DNA from: Clostridiales bacterium
GTDB taxonomy: Bacteria; Bacillota; Clostridia; Lachnospirales; Lachnospiraceae
Direction: 5' to 3'
Assembly (NCBI GenBank): GCA_014799595.1
Contig: JAAVHR010000022.1
Location: 1-60,890 of the forward strand
Length of the DNA: 60,890 nucleotides
Shown here: in pieces, positions 16,464 through 26,500 of the stretch
How positions within the stretch are numbered: position 1 is the first letter of the stretch
Layout of the letters: the number at the start of each line of letters is the position of its first letter
Translations under genes and position numbers: made by a program
Notes under the pieces: generated by a model
Database searches by the model: none
Seen by the model: the letters and a program-made list of their open reading frames with translations, nothing else
What the model was told of the DNA's origin: nothing

Positions 16464-17357
16464 GTGATTAGGATGAACAAGGAAGAAGAAATTGAGGATA
16501 GTTTACGTTTTTGTAAGGAGATACAGATCTATTATAAGTCCGGTTTGTTTGATAATCCCCAGAATGTTTTTGATTGGGAAAGGTATATCCCTCTTGCCTA
16601 TGAAGAAGTTCAAAAGAGGCATCAAGAAGAAAATGTACATCAAAATAAAGAATTAGAAGAAGTACTGCAATATACGGCTCAATTAGCAGAAACACGAAAT
16701 GAGAATGAAAAATCACTTTGTGCAACAGATAGTCATTTTTCTGTGGGAATATCTGGTGATGGAGCTGCTGTTTTGGAACCAACAGGGCAAATTGATATAC
16801 CAACACAGGAAGAAGAGGAAGAAGGCAGTTTTTTTAAGATTGTATTTTGGCGTTTTGTAGAAGTGGTTGTATGTATTGTTTGTGCATTTTTTATTTCTGC
16901 TGGATTTAACAAATTCATAGGTACTCACACTATGGTAGAGGGGACGTCTATGGAAGGGGCTTTGCACAATGGTGATTATCTGTTAGTAGATAAGTTATCT
17001 TACAATCTTGGAAAACCGAAAAGGTTTGATATTATAATATTCCCATATAATGAGGAGACATATTATATTAAACGAATTATCGGCATGCCGGGAGAGACGA
17101 TACGAATTGCAGAAGGTAAGATTTATATTAATGGAGTAGAATTACTAGAATCTTATGGAGCAGAGCCGATGTTAGATGGTGGATTAGCAACAGAGGAATT
17201 TACTATAGGACCAGAAGAATATTTTGTTTTAGGAGATAACCGCAATCATAGTACAGATAGCCGCTCGGAGAATGTAGGAACAATAAAAGAGGAAAAGATT
17301 GTAGGTAAAGCCTTTTTCCGTTTTTATCCTTTTGATAATTTCGGTGGAGTAGAATAG
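16464..17357 (+). CDS. Signal peptidase I paralog with an N-terminal extension of about 140 aa
   Basis: Has EGTSMEGAL, KRIIGMPGE and GDNRNHSTDSR. The start is uncertain (16464 or ATG 16473). Confidence 0.85.
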   Translation: MIRMNKEEEIEDSLRFCKEIQIYYKSGLFDNPQNVFDWERYIPLAYEEVQKRHQEENVHQNKELEEVLQYTAQLAETRNENEKSLCATDSHFSVGISGDGAAVLEPTGQIDIPTQEEEEEGSFFKIVFWRFVEVVVCIVCAFFISAGFNKFIGTHTMVEGTSMEGALHNGDYLLVDKLSYNLGKPKRFDIIIFPYNEETYYIKRIIGMPGETIRIAEGKIYINGVELLESYGAEPMLDGGLATEEFTIGPEEYFVLGDNRNHSTDSRSENVGTIKEEKIVGKAFFRFYPFDNFGGVE

Positions 17358-17407
17358 GTGTACTGTGATATGGAATAAGACGAGAAAGAATGGGGTAAGA
17401 ACAGAAG

Positions 17408-18166
17408 ATGGCAGAAAAGATAGCAGAAATAAAGAGTGCATTTGAAGCAGTTTCCATAGAAGAAAGACCTGGCTTGATTAAAAAGTATGAAAAAGATGCC
17501 AGGCAAGGTGTGCAAAAACTTATTGAAAAATATAAAAAAGAGCAAATTGCATTAAAGGCAGAATATGCAAGAACAGAGGCTATGAAAGAATTTGAATATA
17601 AGTACAAAGAGTACAAGTATATTTGTGGAATTGATGAAGTGGGAAGAGGTCCTTTAGCCGGACCGGTTGTAGCTGGTGCTGTTATTTTGCCGAAGGATGA
17701 GACAATACTTTATCTTAATGATTCGAAACAGCTTAGCGAAAAGAAAAGAGAAGAACTGTATGACGTAATTATGGATAAAGCAGTGGCAGTAGGTCTGGGA
17801 GTGGTATCCCCTGGAGACATTGATAAAATGAATATTTTGCAAGCGACTTATGAGGCAATGCGTATTGCCATAGGAAAGCTGGATGTGAAGCCGGATTTGT
17901 TGTTAAATGATGCAGTGACTATTCCTGGTGTAGATATAAAACAAGTGGGAATTATAAAGGGAGATGCCAGAAGTGTTTCTATAGCTGCAGCAAGTATTGT
18001 TGCGAAGGTCACTAGGGATCGTATGATGGTAGAATATGATAAAATTTATCCAGAATATAAATTCGCAAATAATAAAGGTTATGGTGCAAAGGTGCATATA
18101 GAGGCGTTAAAGGAAGTTGGACCTTCGCCAATTCATAGAAATACTTTTTTAAAAAATATACTATGA
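17408..18166 (+). CDS. rnhB: Ribonuclease HII
   Basis: Contains ICGIDEVGRGPLAGPVV and DSKQLS. The stop codon lies inside a repeat remnant. Confidence 0.95.
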   Translation: MAEKIAEIKSAFEAVSIEERPGLIKKYEKDARQGVQKLIEKYKKEQIALKAEYARTEAMKEFEYKYKEYKYICGIDEVGRGPLAGPVVAGAVILPKDETILYLNDSKQLSEKKREELYDVIMDKAVAVGLGVVSPGDIDKMNILQATYEAMRIAIGKLDVKPDLLLNDAVTIPGVDIKQVGIIKGDARSVSIAAASIVAKVTRDRMMVEYDKIYPEYKFANNKGYGAKVHIEALKEVGPSPIHRNTFLKNIL

Positions 18167-18253
18167 AAGTCCTGACAAACGGCTATATTTTGTGCAAGCT
18201 TGCTTGCAAAGAAATATAGCCATCAACTTTCACTTTTCTTACGAAACAGTAAT
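18161..18253 (-). repeat. Inverted, heavily deleted remnant of a type-1 element (parts of modules B and A)
   Basis: CTATGAAAGTCCTGACAAACGGCTATATTTTGTGCAAGCTTGCTTGCAAAGAAATATAGCC is the reverse complement of the 3' part of module B. No termini are retained. Confidence 0.75.
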
Positions 18254-18275
18254 ATATTAGGTAGGAGGGATATGT

Positions 18276-18566
18276 GTGACTGAGGAAGAGAGAAAAAGAT
18301 TAGAAGCAATTGCCTTATCGTATCAGGCAGGAGACGAAGCTCCCAAGGTTATAGCCTCTGGAAAAGGGTATGTGGCGGAGAAGATATTAGAAAAAGCAAA
18401 AGAGGTCAATATTCCAATACATAAAGATGAAAAGGTTGCAGATGCATTAGCAGATTTGGAATTAGGTGAGTATATACCCAAGGAATTGTATGAAGTAGTG
18501 GCAGAAATTCTGGTATTTGTTGGGAATATGGATAAAATTAAGGAGACCATTGATAAGAAAAGATAG
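18276..18566 (+). CDS. FlhB C-terminal-domain-like protein (EscU/YscU/HrcU family, YlqH-like)
   Basis: 96 aa containing APKVIASGKG...A..I...A....IPI..D. Same position as B. subtilis ylqH. Confidence 0.7.
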   Translation: MTEEERKRLEAIALSYQAGDEAPKVIASGKGYVAEKILEKAKEVNIPIHKDEKVADALADLELGEYIPKELYEVVAEILVFVGNMDKIKETIDKKR

Positions 18567-18582
18567 GAAAATATGGTAAAAA

Positions 18583-18963
18583 ATGACAAGGATGAATAAA
18601 CGCCGGTTAGGAATGGAATATGAGGAGAAGGCAGCAAGGTATCTGGAGGAGAAGGGGTATCAAATACTAGCCAGAAATTATCAAAATCTGTATGGAGAAA
18701 TTGATATTGTTGCAAAGGATAAAAAAGGTGAAATTGTATATTGTGAGATTAAGTTCCGGAGGAACAACCGGTATGGGGAACCGATGGAAGCAGTAGATGT
18801 ACGAAAGCAGAGGAAAATTTGCAAAACAGCATTATACCATTATGCCCAGCATGGATATATGGAGAACCAATCTTGCAGATTTGATGTGATAGGAATTTAT
18901 GGAGATGGAACAATTAAGCATATTAAGCATGCTTTTGAATATCAGGAAAAGGTGTTTTTGTAG
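18583..18963 (+). CDS. YraN-family (UPF0102) endonuclease-like protein
   Basis: Has the pattern RRLGMEYEEKAARYLEEKGYQILARNY...GEIDIVA...VEVK. The start may instead be ATG 18592. Confidence 0.85.
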   Translation: MTRMNKRRLGMEYEEKAARYLEEKGYQILARNYQNLYGEIDIVAKDKKGEIVYCEIKFRRNNRYGEPMEAVDVRKQRKICKTALYHYAQHGYMENQSCRFDVIGIYGDGTIKHIKHAFEYQEKVFL

Positions 18964-19019
18964 ATTAGGTAAATGTTTAAAGCGTGAATAATTTCGGATT
19001 ATTATATTGGAGAGAAAAA

Positions 19020-19952
19020 ATGAAAGAAGAAATAAAGTGGTGTGAGGAAAATAAAATAATATGTATGGCATATAACCAGAATGAACAAGATAGAGCAGTT
19101 TTGAAAAGAAAAGGAGAAGTATCTTATTTGGAATTTCCTGCTTTATCCAGATTGTCATTTTTGACACATGGATTTTCTACAAGAGAAGGCGGAGTAAGTG
19201 AAGGTTATCTCGGAACAATGAATTTGAGTTACAGCAGAGGGGATGATCCCCTAAATGTAGATGAAAATTTTAGGAGAATTTGTGAGGTATTAGGGATAAA
19301 TACAAAAGATCTGGTATTGTCGGATCAGGTGCATGACACGCTCGTAGAACGAGTAGGAAAAAAAGATTGTCAGGGAGAGAGTTTAAGAGATAGGAAATTG
19401 ACCGGTATTGATGGACTCATTACCAACGAAACGAAGGTCGTATTATGTACTTCTTATGCAGATTGTGTGCCACTATATTTTGTGGACAAAGTACACAAGG
19501 CAATTGGGCATAGTCATTCGGGATGGAAAGGAACAGTGGGGAAAATAGGGGCAGTGACAGTAAGGCGGATGAAAGAGGAATTTGAAACTAATCCAGAAGA
19601 CCTTGTTGCGGTGATTGGACCTTCTATCTGTCAGTCTTGTTATGAAGTTAGCCAGGATGTTGCAGATGCATTCTTGGATTTTGTAAATATAGAAACAATT
19701 GCAAAAGTGCAGAACATGGACAAAAATAAAATAAAAACATTAATTTCTGCAGTATGTGTACCAACAGGGGAAGGGAAGTATCATTTAGATTTATGGCTTG
19801 CGAATAAATTAATTTTAATGGAGGCAGGAATACCTGAAGGAAATATAAGCATTTCTTGTGTTTGTACCTGTTGTAATAGCCAGTTGTTATATTCTCATCG
19901 TGCCAGCAAAGGAAAACGCGGGAATTTGGCAGGTTTTTTATCCATAAATTAG
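19020..19952 (+). CDS. pgeF: PgeF / YfiH (DUF152) peptidoglycan editing factor, laccase-domain protein
   Basis: Contains HGFSTREGGVS, TADCVPL and HSGWKGT. Confidence 0.85.
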   Translation: MKEEIKWCEENKIICMAYNQNEQDRAVLKRKGEVSYLEFPALSRLSFLTHGFSTREGGVSEGYLGTMNLSYSRGDDPLNVDENFRRICEVLGINTKDLVLSDQVHDTLVERVGKKDCQGESLRDRKLTGIDGLITNETKVVLCTSYADCVPLYFVDKVHKAIGHSHSGWKGTVGKIGAVTVRRMKEEFETNPEDLVAVIGPSICQSCYEVSQDVADAFLDFVNIETIAKVQNMDKNKIKTLISAVCVPTGEGKYHLDLWLANKLILMEAGIPEGNISISCVCTCCNSQLLYSHRASKGKRGNLAGFLSIN

Positions 19953-20095
19953 ACAAAGTTGAGAAAATGTGGTATACTATAGTTTAGGTATGCCATTTTC
20001 TTGTTATATATGCTATATATAAGTATTTGTCATGCAGAATATAAGGAACACTCTGCTTGAGATGTTCTTGAATGAATAAAGGAAAGGATAAGGAT

Positions 20096-21130
20096 ATGAA
20101 GAAAAAAATTGCTGTGTTAGGATTGGCTGTTGGGCTTGTGTTAAGTACAACGGCATGTGGTACAAAAAATGTGGAAGTTGGCGAGTATAAAGGATTAGAT
20201 GTAGAATATACATGTACTCAGACCGAAGTGAAGGAAGGACATATTTATACCCAGTATTGGAATGATTTGTCAAATTATGCAGAAGAAGTCAAAGATAAGA
20301 AGTATAAAGCTGAGAAAGGGGACAAAGTCAATATTGATTACAAAGGATTAAAAGATGGAGAAGCCTTTGATAATGGATCTGACAGTGGCTATGAATTAAT
20401 TCTTGGTTCTGGTACTTTTATTGAAGGTTTTGAGGATGGACTAATTGGAAGTAAAGCTGGAGAAAAGAGAGATTTAAATCTTACTTTTCCTGCTTCATAT
20501 CAAAATAATCCGGATTTGGCAGGAAAGGATGTTGTGTTTGAAACAAAAGTAAATAAGATATATACTTTGCCAGAACTTACAGATGAATTTGTGAAAAAGA
20601 ATCTGGAGGGATATAATTCCGCAGAAGAGTATAAGACAGGTGTAAAGAAAAAATTGGAGGATGATTTGTCTGAATATATTCAGACACAGAAAGAAGATGC
20701 TGCATGGAAAATGGTTATGGCAGATGCAAAAGTGAATTCTTATCCAGATAAAGAACTGAAAGAAATAATTGAGGATGTAAAAGAATATAGAGAATATAAT
20801 TATCAGTATTATTATGGTGTAACAGTAGAACAGTATTTAAAGCAGACAGGGGAAACACAGGAAGATTATGATAAGTCTGTGGAAGATGAAGCAAAAGATG
20901 TTCTGGCAAATAGAATGGTTATGGAGAGTATTGCGAAGAAAGAAAACATCACCATAAGTGAAGATGCTTTTAATGCAAAGGTAGATGAATATATGGAACT
21001 GTCTGGTGCTAAAACGAAAGAAGAGTTGTTTGAGAAGGCACCAGAGGAGGAGATTCGTAACGAATTACTTGCTGAACAGGTTAAGGCATTTGTAGTGGAC
21101 AACTGCAATATGAAATTAACAGAAAAATAA
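20096..21130 (+). CDS. Lipoprotein with a trigger-factor-type FKBP PPIase domain and a trigger-factor C-terminal-like domain
   Basis: Signal peptide with lipobox (VLSTTAC|G). The FKBP region is GDKVNIDYKG..DGEAFDNGS......LGSG.FIEGFE.GLIG. It lacks the ribosome-binding N-domain. Confidence 0.75.
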   Translation: MKKKIAVLGLAVGLVLSTTACGTKNVEVGEYKGLDVEYTCTQTEVKEGHIYTQYWNDLSNYAEEVKDKKYKAEKGDKVNIDYKGLKDGEAFDNGSDSGYELILGSGTFIEGFEDGLIGSKAGEKRDLNLTFPASYQNNPDLAGKDVVFETKVNKIYTLPELTDEFVKKNLEGYNSAEEYKTGVKKKLEDDLSEYIQTQKEDAAWKMVMADAKVNSYPDKELKEIIEDVKEYREYNYQYYYGVTVEQYLKQTGETQEDYDKSVEDEAKDVLANRMVMESIAKKENITISEDAFNAKVDEYMELSGAKTKEELFEKAPEEEIRNELLAEQVKAFVVDNCNMKLTEK

Positions 21131-21133
21131 ATT

Positions 21134-21161
21134 GTAACTGTTCATGGTTCTGAACAGTTAC
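21134..21161. repeat. Minimal GTAAC-box hairpin GTAACTGTTCATGGTTCTGAACAGTTAC
   Basis: 11-bp stem with a 6-nt loop, identical to module D of the type-1 elements. Confidence 0.85.
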
Positions 21162-21323
21162 AAAACACCCATGCCTTGTGGGCTACGGCATCACCATAAA
21201 TATATTCGCATGGGTGTTTCATAAACGGGGATGCACACAAGTGCAAAAGCAGCACTTGGTGCTTTACGAACCTTGCAGCAAAGTGCAAGGTTCTACCTAA
21301 AAAGAGTGAATATATAGAAATAA
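21162..21323 (-). repeat. Hairpin mosaic adjoining the minimal element, ending with an AGGTAG-hairpin module in inverted orientation
   Basis: Contains AAACACCCATGC...GCATGGGTGTTT, AGCACTTGGTGCT and GAACCTTGCA-GCAAAG-TGCAAGGTTC followed by TACCT. The segment from about 21274 to 21323 recurs inverted at 60841-60890. Confidence 0.7.
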
Positions 21324-21382
21324 ATCTTAAAAACAGAGGGACATGAAAAAATATCATGCGTTCAAAAGAAGGAGAGAAGAAC

Positions 21383-23467
21383 ATGTATAAGAGTTTTACA
21401 ATGGAACTGGCAGGAAGAAAATTAACTGTTGACATAGGGAGAGTAGCAAAACAGGCAAATGGTGCAGCGTTTTTGCATTATGGTGATACTACTGTGTTAT
21501 CTACAGCTACCGCTTCTGAAAAACCTAGAGAAGGGATTGATTTCTTTCCACTTAGTGTAGAATATGAGGAAAAGATGTATGCGGTAGGAAAAATTCCGGG
21601 AGGTTACAATAAGAGAGAAGGTAAGGCATCTGAGAATGCAGTACTTACCTCACGTGTAATCGACAGACCAATGAGACCGTTATTTCCAAAGGATTATCGT
21701 AATGATGTGACTTTGAATAATCTGGTAATGTCTGTAGATCCAGAATGTAGTCCAGAGTTAACAGCTATGCTTGGATCTGCAATTGCAACAGCGATTTCAG
21801 ATATTCCATTTGATGGTCCTTGTGCAACCACACAAGTGGGAATGATAGAAGGAGAATTTATTATCAATCCAAACCAGACACAGATGAAGGAATCTGACCT
21901 TAAACTTACAGTAGCTTCCACGAAGGAAAAGGTTATTATGATTGAAGCTGGTGCCAATGAAATTCCAGAAGACAGAATGATTGAGGCGATTTATAAGGCT
22001 CATGAAGTAAATCAGGAAGTGATAGCTTTTATTGAACAGATGGTGAAGGAATGTGGTAAACCAAAACATACTTATACAAGTTGTGCCATACCAGAAGAAT
22101 TGTTTGCTGCTATCAAAGAAATTGTGCCACCAGATGAAATGGAAAAGGCGGTATTTACGGATGAAAAACAGGTAAGAGAAGAAAATATCCGTCAGATAAA
22201 AGAAAAACTGGAAGAGGCTTTTGTAGAGAATGAAGAGTGGTTGGAAGTTCTTTCAGAGGCAGTATATCAGTATCAGAAGAAAACTGTTCGTAAGATGATT
22301 TTGGTGGATAAAAAGAGACCAGATGGAAGAGAAATGACACAGATTCGTCCTCTTGCGGCGGAGGTAGATTTGATTCCTCGTGTGCATGGTTCTGCTATGT
22401 TTACCCGTGGACAGACACAAATTTGCAATGTGACTACTTTAGCCCCATTATCAGAAGGTCAGAGACTAGATGGATTAGATGAATTGGAGACAGGTAAACG
22501 TTATATGCATCATTATAACTTCCCTTCCTATTCTGTAGGTGAGACAAAACCTTCTAGAGGACCAGGACGTCGTGAAATTGGACATGGTGCTTTGGCAGAA
22601 AGAGCATTAATTCCGGTATTGCCAAGTGAAGAGGAATTTCCTTATGCAATCCGTAGTGTATCAGAAACTTTTGAATCAAATGGTTCTACTTCTATGGCAT
22701 CCACCTGTGCTTCCTGTATGTCTCTTATGGCAGCCGGTGTACCAATCCGTAAAATGGTAGCAGGTATTTCTTGCGGTCTGGTAACAGGAGAGACAGATGA
22801 TGAATATGTATTGTTGACAGATATTCAAGGATTAGAAGATTTCTTTGGAGATATGGACTTCAAAGTGACTGGTACCAAAGATGGTATTACTGCAATCCAG
22901 ATGGATATTAAAATTCATGGTTTGACCAGACCAATTGTAGAAGGAGCAATTAAACGTTGTAGAGAAGCAAGAATGTTTATTATGGAATCAACCATGATAC
23001 CAGCTATTGCAGAACCTCGTAAGGAAGTAGGAGAATATGCACCTAAGATTGTGCAGATTCAGATTGATCCGGCTAAGATTGGTGATGTAGTAGGACAGCG
23101 TGGTAAGACTATCAACGCGATTATTGAACAGACAGGTGTAAAGATTGATATTACAGATGAAGGAGCAGTATCTATTTGTGGTGCGGACACAGAACTGATG
23201 GCAAAAGCTGTGAAAATGATTGAAATTATTACTTCGGATTTTGAAGAAGGTCAGATTTTAGAGGGCGAGGTAGTAAGTATCCGGGAATTTGGTGCTTTTG
23301 TAGAATTTGCTCCAGGTAAAGAAGGCTTGGTTCATATTTCTAAGATTTCCAAAGAAAGAATTAATCATGTGGAGGATGTATTGACACTAGGCGACCATGT
23401 CAAAGTTGTTTGTCTTGGAAAAGATAAGATGGGACGAGTTAGCTTTAGTATAAAGGATGTAGAGTAA
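21383..23467 (+). CDS. pnp: Polyribonucleotide nucleotidyltransferase (PNPase)
   Basis: Two RNase PH domains followed by KH and S1 domains. ATG 21383 follows AAGGAGAG. Confidence 0.95.
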   Translation: MYKSFTMELAGRKLTVDIGRVAKQANGAAFLHYGDTTVLSTATASEKPREGIDFFPLSVEYEEKMYAVGKIPGGYNKREGKASENAVLTSRVIDRPMRPLFPKDYRNDVTLNNLVMSVDPECSPELTAMLGSAIATAISDIPFDGPCATTQVGMIEGEFIINPNQTQMKESDLKLTVASTKEKVIMIEAGANEIPEDRMIEAIYKAHEVNQEVIAFIEQMVKECGKPKHTYTSCAIPEELFAAIKEIVPPDEMEKAVFTDEKQVREENIRQIKEKLEEAFVENEEWLEVLSEAVYQYQKKTVRKMILVDKKRPDGREMTQIRPLAAEVDLIPRVHGSAMFTRGQTQICNVTTLAPLSEGQRLDGLDELETGKRYMHHYNFPSYSVGETKPSRGPGRREIGHGALAERALIPVLPSEEEFPYAIRSVSETFESNGSTSMASTCASCMSLMAAGVPIRKMVAGISCGLVTGETDDEYVLLTDIQGLEDFFGDMDFKVTGTKDGITAIQMDIKIHGLTRPIVEGAIKRCREARMFIMESTMIPAIAEPRKEVGEYAPKIVQIQIDPAKIGDVVGQRGKTINAIIEQTGVKIDITDEGAVSICGADTELMAKAVKMIEIITSDFEEGQILEGEVVSIREFGAFVEFAPGKEGLVHISKISKERINHVEDVLTLGDHVKVVCLGKDKMGRVSFSIKDVE

Positions 23468-23503
23468 GAGGTTAAAAATTCAAAAGAAGGAGAGTTGTGC
23501 GAT

Positions 23504-26500
23504 ATGAAGAGATCGATGAAGAAAAAGATGAGAAAAGCGATTGGTGTATCTATGGCGGTAGCAATGGCTATGACCAGTATGCCAGAAGGTAAACTATATA
23601 ACTGGGGGAGTTTGCGAGTACAAGCTGCAGATACCACAAAAACAATTGATGCGTCTGCAGTGGTACAACAGGTAGAATCTGCGGCGAGCAACCGTCCAGG
23701 AATTCCTGACGGAATTTTATTGAATGAACTGAAGAAACTGGTAAATACCAAATTGGGAAGAGCCGCAGACCACGAGATTACCTTCGCAGAACTTATGGCT
23801 TATGATGGAGAGATCGACTTAGCTGCAATTGGAAGCCAGATTACTTCAATTAGTGGATTAGGATATGCAAGAAAAGCAAAAAAGATTGTTTTAACAAATG
23901 TTCCAGTAAAGGCAATTGATGATTTTGAGTTTGATGGTTGTACGGGATTGCAGGAAATTGTACTTCCTGCTAATCTGGAAACCATTGGAAAAGCATCTTT
24001 TCGAAATTGTAATAGTTTGGAAACTATTGTATTGCCAGAAACAATGAAAACAATTGGAGAGTCTGCTTTTGATGCATGTACTAAACTTGCAAAGATTAAT
24101 TTGCCAAATTCTATTGAAAAAATAGATAAAGGTGCGTTTGGTGCGTGTAAAATATTGGAAGAAGTTACCATTACCAATCCTAAGATAGTATTGGGTGCAT
24201 CGGTATTTGAAAGTTGTGAGAATTTAAAGAGTGTTAATCTTCCAGAAGGAATTACAGAAATTCCTGCATCTTTTCTGGCACAGACTGGAATTACATCTAT
24301 AAAGGTACCTTCTACAGTTAAAATTATTAAACAAAGTGCCTTTAACCTTACACTGAATTTAAAAGAGATTGATTTGACAGGGTGTAATGGACTTACTACT
24401 TTGGAAAGCAGTGCTTTTGCCCAGAGTGGTATTGAAACTATAAAACTTCCAAATAGTCTGACGACTATCAAAAGTAACTGTTTTGATACTTGTGTAGGAT
24501 TAAAAGAGATTACAATTCCAGATTCTGTGCAGGGAAAAGGTGACGGAACAGGCACTGGTATAGAGACATTAGCATTTTGGAGATGTTATAATCTGAAGAA
24601 GATAAGTTTACCAGCAGGAATATCGGCTTTGCAGAAAGAATTATTTAATGACTGTTGGAATTTGCAGGAAGTAGAGATAAGAAATAGTGCAACTAGTGTG
24701 CTGGAAAGTATTGAGGCAGAGGCATTTGTGGGGTGTAACAGCCTTTCGGACACAAACTTCTTAAGAGATCTTCCTAATTTAAAACGAATTGAAGATGGAG
24801 CTTTTTCTTATCGGAAGTATAAATCGAATGACGATAACCTTAAATTTGCCAATATTACTGGAGTTTTTTGTAAATTAGATAATGATATCTTTAATGAGGA
24901 GCAGTATTCTTTGGGATTGCATTCCATTACCCTTCCGAATTCTGTTACTTATCTTGGAAAAGAAGTGTTTGCGGAACAGCCTAATGTAGAAATAGTTACT
25001 CTTGGCAATGGATTAAAGACAATTCCGGAAAATACTTTTAAGGGATTTAGTCATTTGGAGAAGCTTACCCTGCCATCAGAATTAAAGACAATTGGAAATT
25101 CTGCTTTTAACGGATGCTGCAGATTAGAAGATTTTACTTTTCCGAATACATTAGAGACGATTGGGGATTCGGCATTTTCCGATTGTGGTGCAGTAAAAAT
25201 GGCACAAAAATTAAATTATAATATTTGTTATGTTGCCAATGATGGGATATATGATGCCAGACCTGCTGGTAGTACAACGGTAAAAGAATGTTTAGTATAT
25301 CAGACGGATAATTCTGGGAATCAAGAGATAGTTGTGAAATTCTTGGAAATAGATAAATGTATAACGGAAAATGCATATAAGAAAGTAGAAAATCCTGAGA
25401 TATACACAAAAGTTACAATTGCTGCAGAAAAAAAATATGTGAAGGAAACAGATATTTTTACAAGCAAAAGTAATACCTCAAATTCTTATACAGATTATAC
25501 ATACAATATAGAGACAAAGAGAATTGTAAACAGTAGAACACTTTACACAGAAAGAAAAAATGATGTTTTAGCAGATGCAAATTGTATCTATACACCAACA
25601 GACGGATATATAGGTTTTTATGTCCGTAGTGGTGGTACTCAAATGCAGGAATATGTGAATACAGGAATTTCTAATTTGGTAATACCAAATAGTGTAAAAA
25701 CTATAGGAAAAAGTGCATTTTACAATTGTTATAATTTGAGGAATATAACTATCTCTGATCAGATAATTGAGATTCCTGAATCTGCTTTTGCAGTGGCGAA
25801 AGGTGATTTGCTGAGAAATAATAACTGGATTGATAAAGATTACGAAAGTGGTGCATATTTGTTTTACAGAACAGTAACTTTACCAAAAGAACTGGAAGTG
25901 ATAGGGAATAAAGCTTTTGAAAATAACAGTAATTTAAAAAATATAATTTCTGGTTTGCCACAAACACTTCTGACAATTGGAAATAGTTCTTTTAGATGCT
26001 GTTGTAGTCTGGAAAGTATAGTAATTCCTTCCAAGGTGAAATCCATTGGTGAATATGGATTCTGGGGATGTTCAGAATATGCTAAGTCAAAATTACCAGG
26101 GGCGGGTAAATTCGATGATTATTATATGGAGGAAGTATATGGACTGAAGGAACTTGATCTGACACAAGCATCTTCTTTGGAGTCTATTGGAGCCAGAGCT
26201 TTTGGATTGACAGCCATTCGTCAATGTACACTTCCTGAAAAAGTAACAGAAGTTTCACAAGGGTTGTTTGAATATTGCGAATTTTTAAATAAAGTGATTT
26301 GCTCTAATGATACCAATGCTATTCAAAATGATGTGTTCCGTGACTGTACAGATTTGGTTTCTATTACAATTCCTGCGAAGGCTACTGTAAGTTATTATGC
26401 ATTCCGAGGCAATGATATTGGTATGTTTAATTTCTCTATTACAGATCCGGAACCATATAGTGTCTCTATAGGAGAGAATGAAGTTCTACCAATTAATACC

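Noticed and set aside
21126-21326. 8-bp TSD (AATAAATT and AATAAATC) bounding the whole 21134-21318 mosaic as one element
   Set aside because: The right boundary is ambiguous. The inverted partial copy at 60841-60890 shares sequence through ...AGAAATAA, which overlaps the putative TSD. The right end also lacks a recognisable GTTAC terminus.
23800-24555. Long antisense ORFs inside confident genes: 23800-24555, 27772-28341, 15604-16110, 56620-57126, 10744-11145, 40618-41028 and 3097-3501
   Set aside because: These are shadow ORFs on the opposite strand of genes that are strongly supported by homology-level motifs. They have low-complexity or hydrophobic composition and no RBS context.
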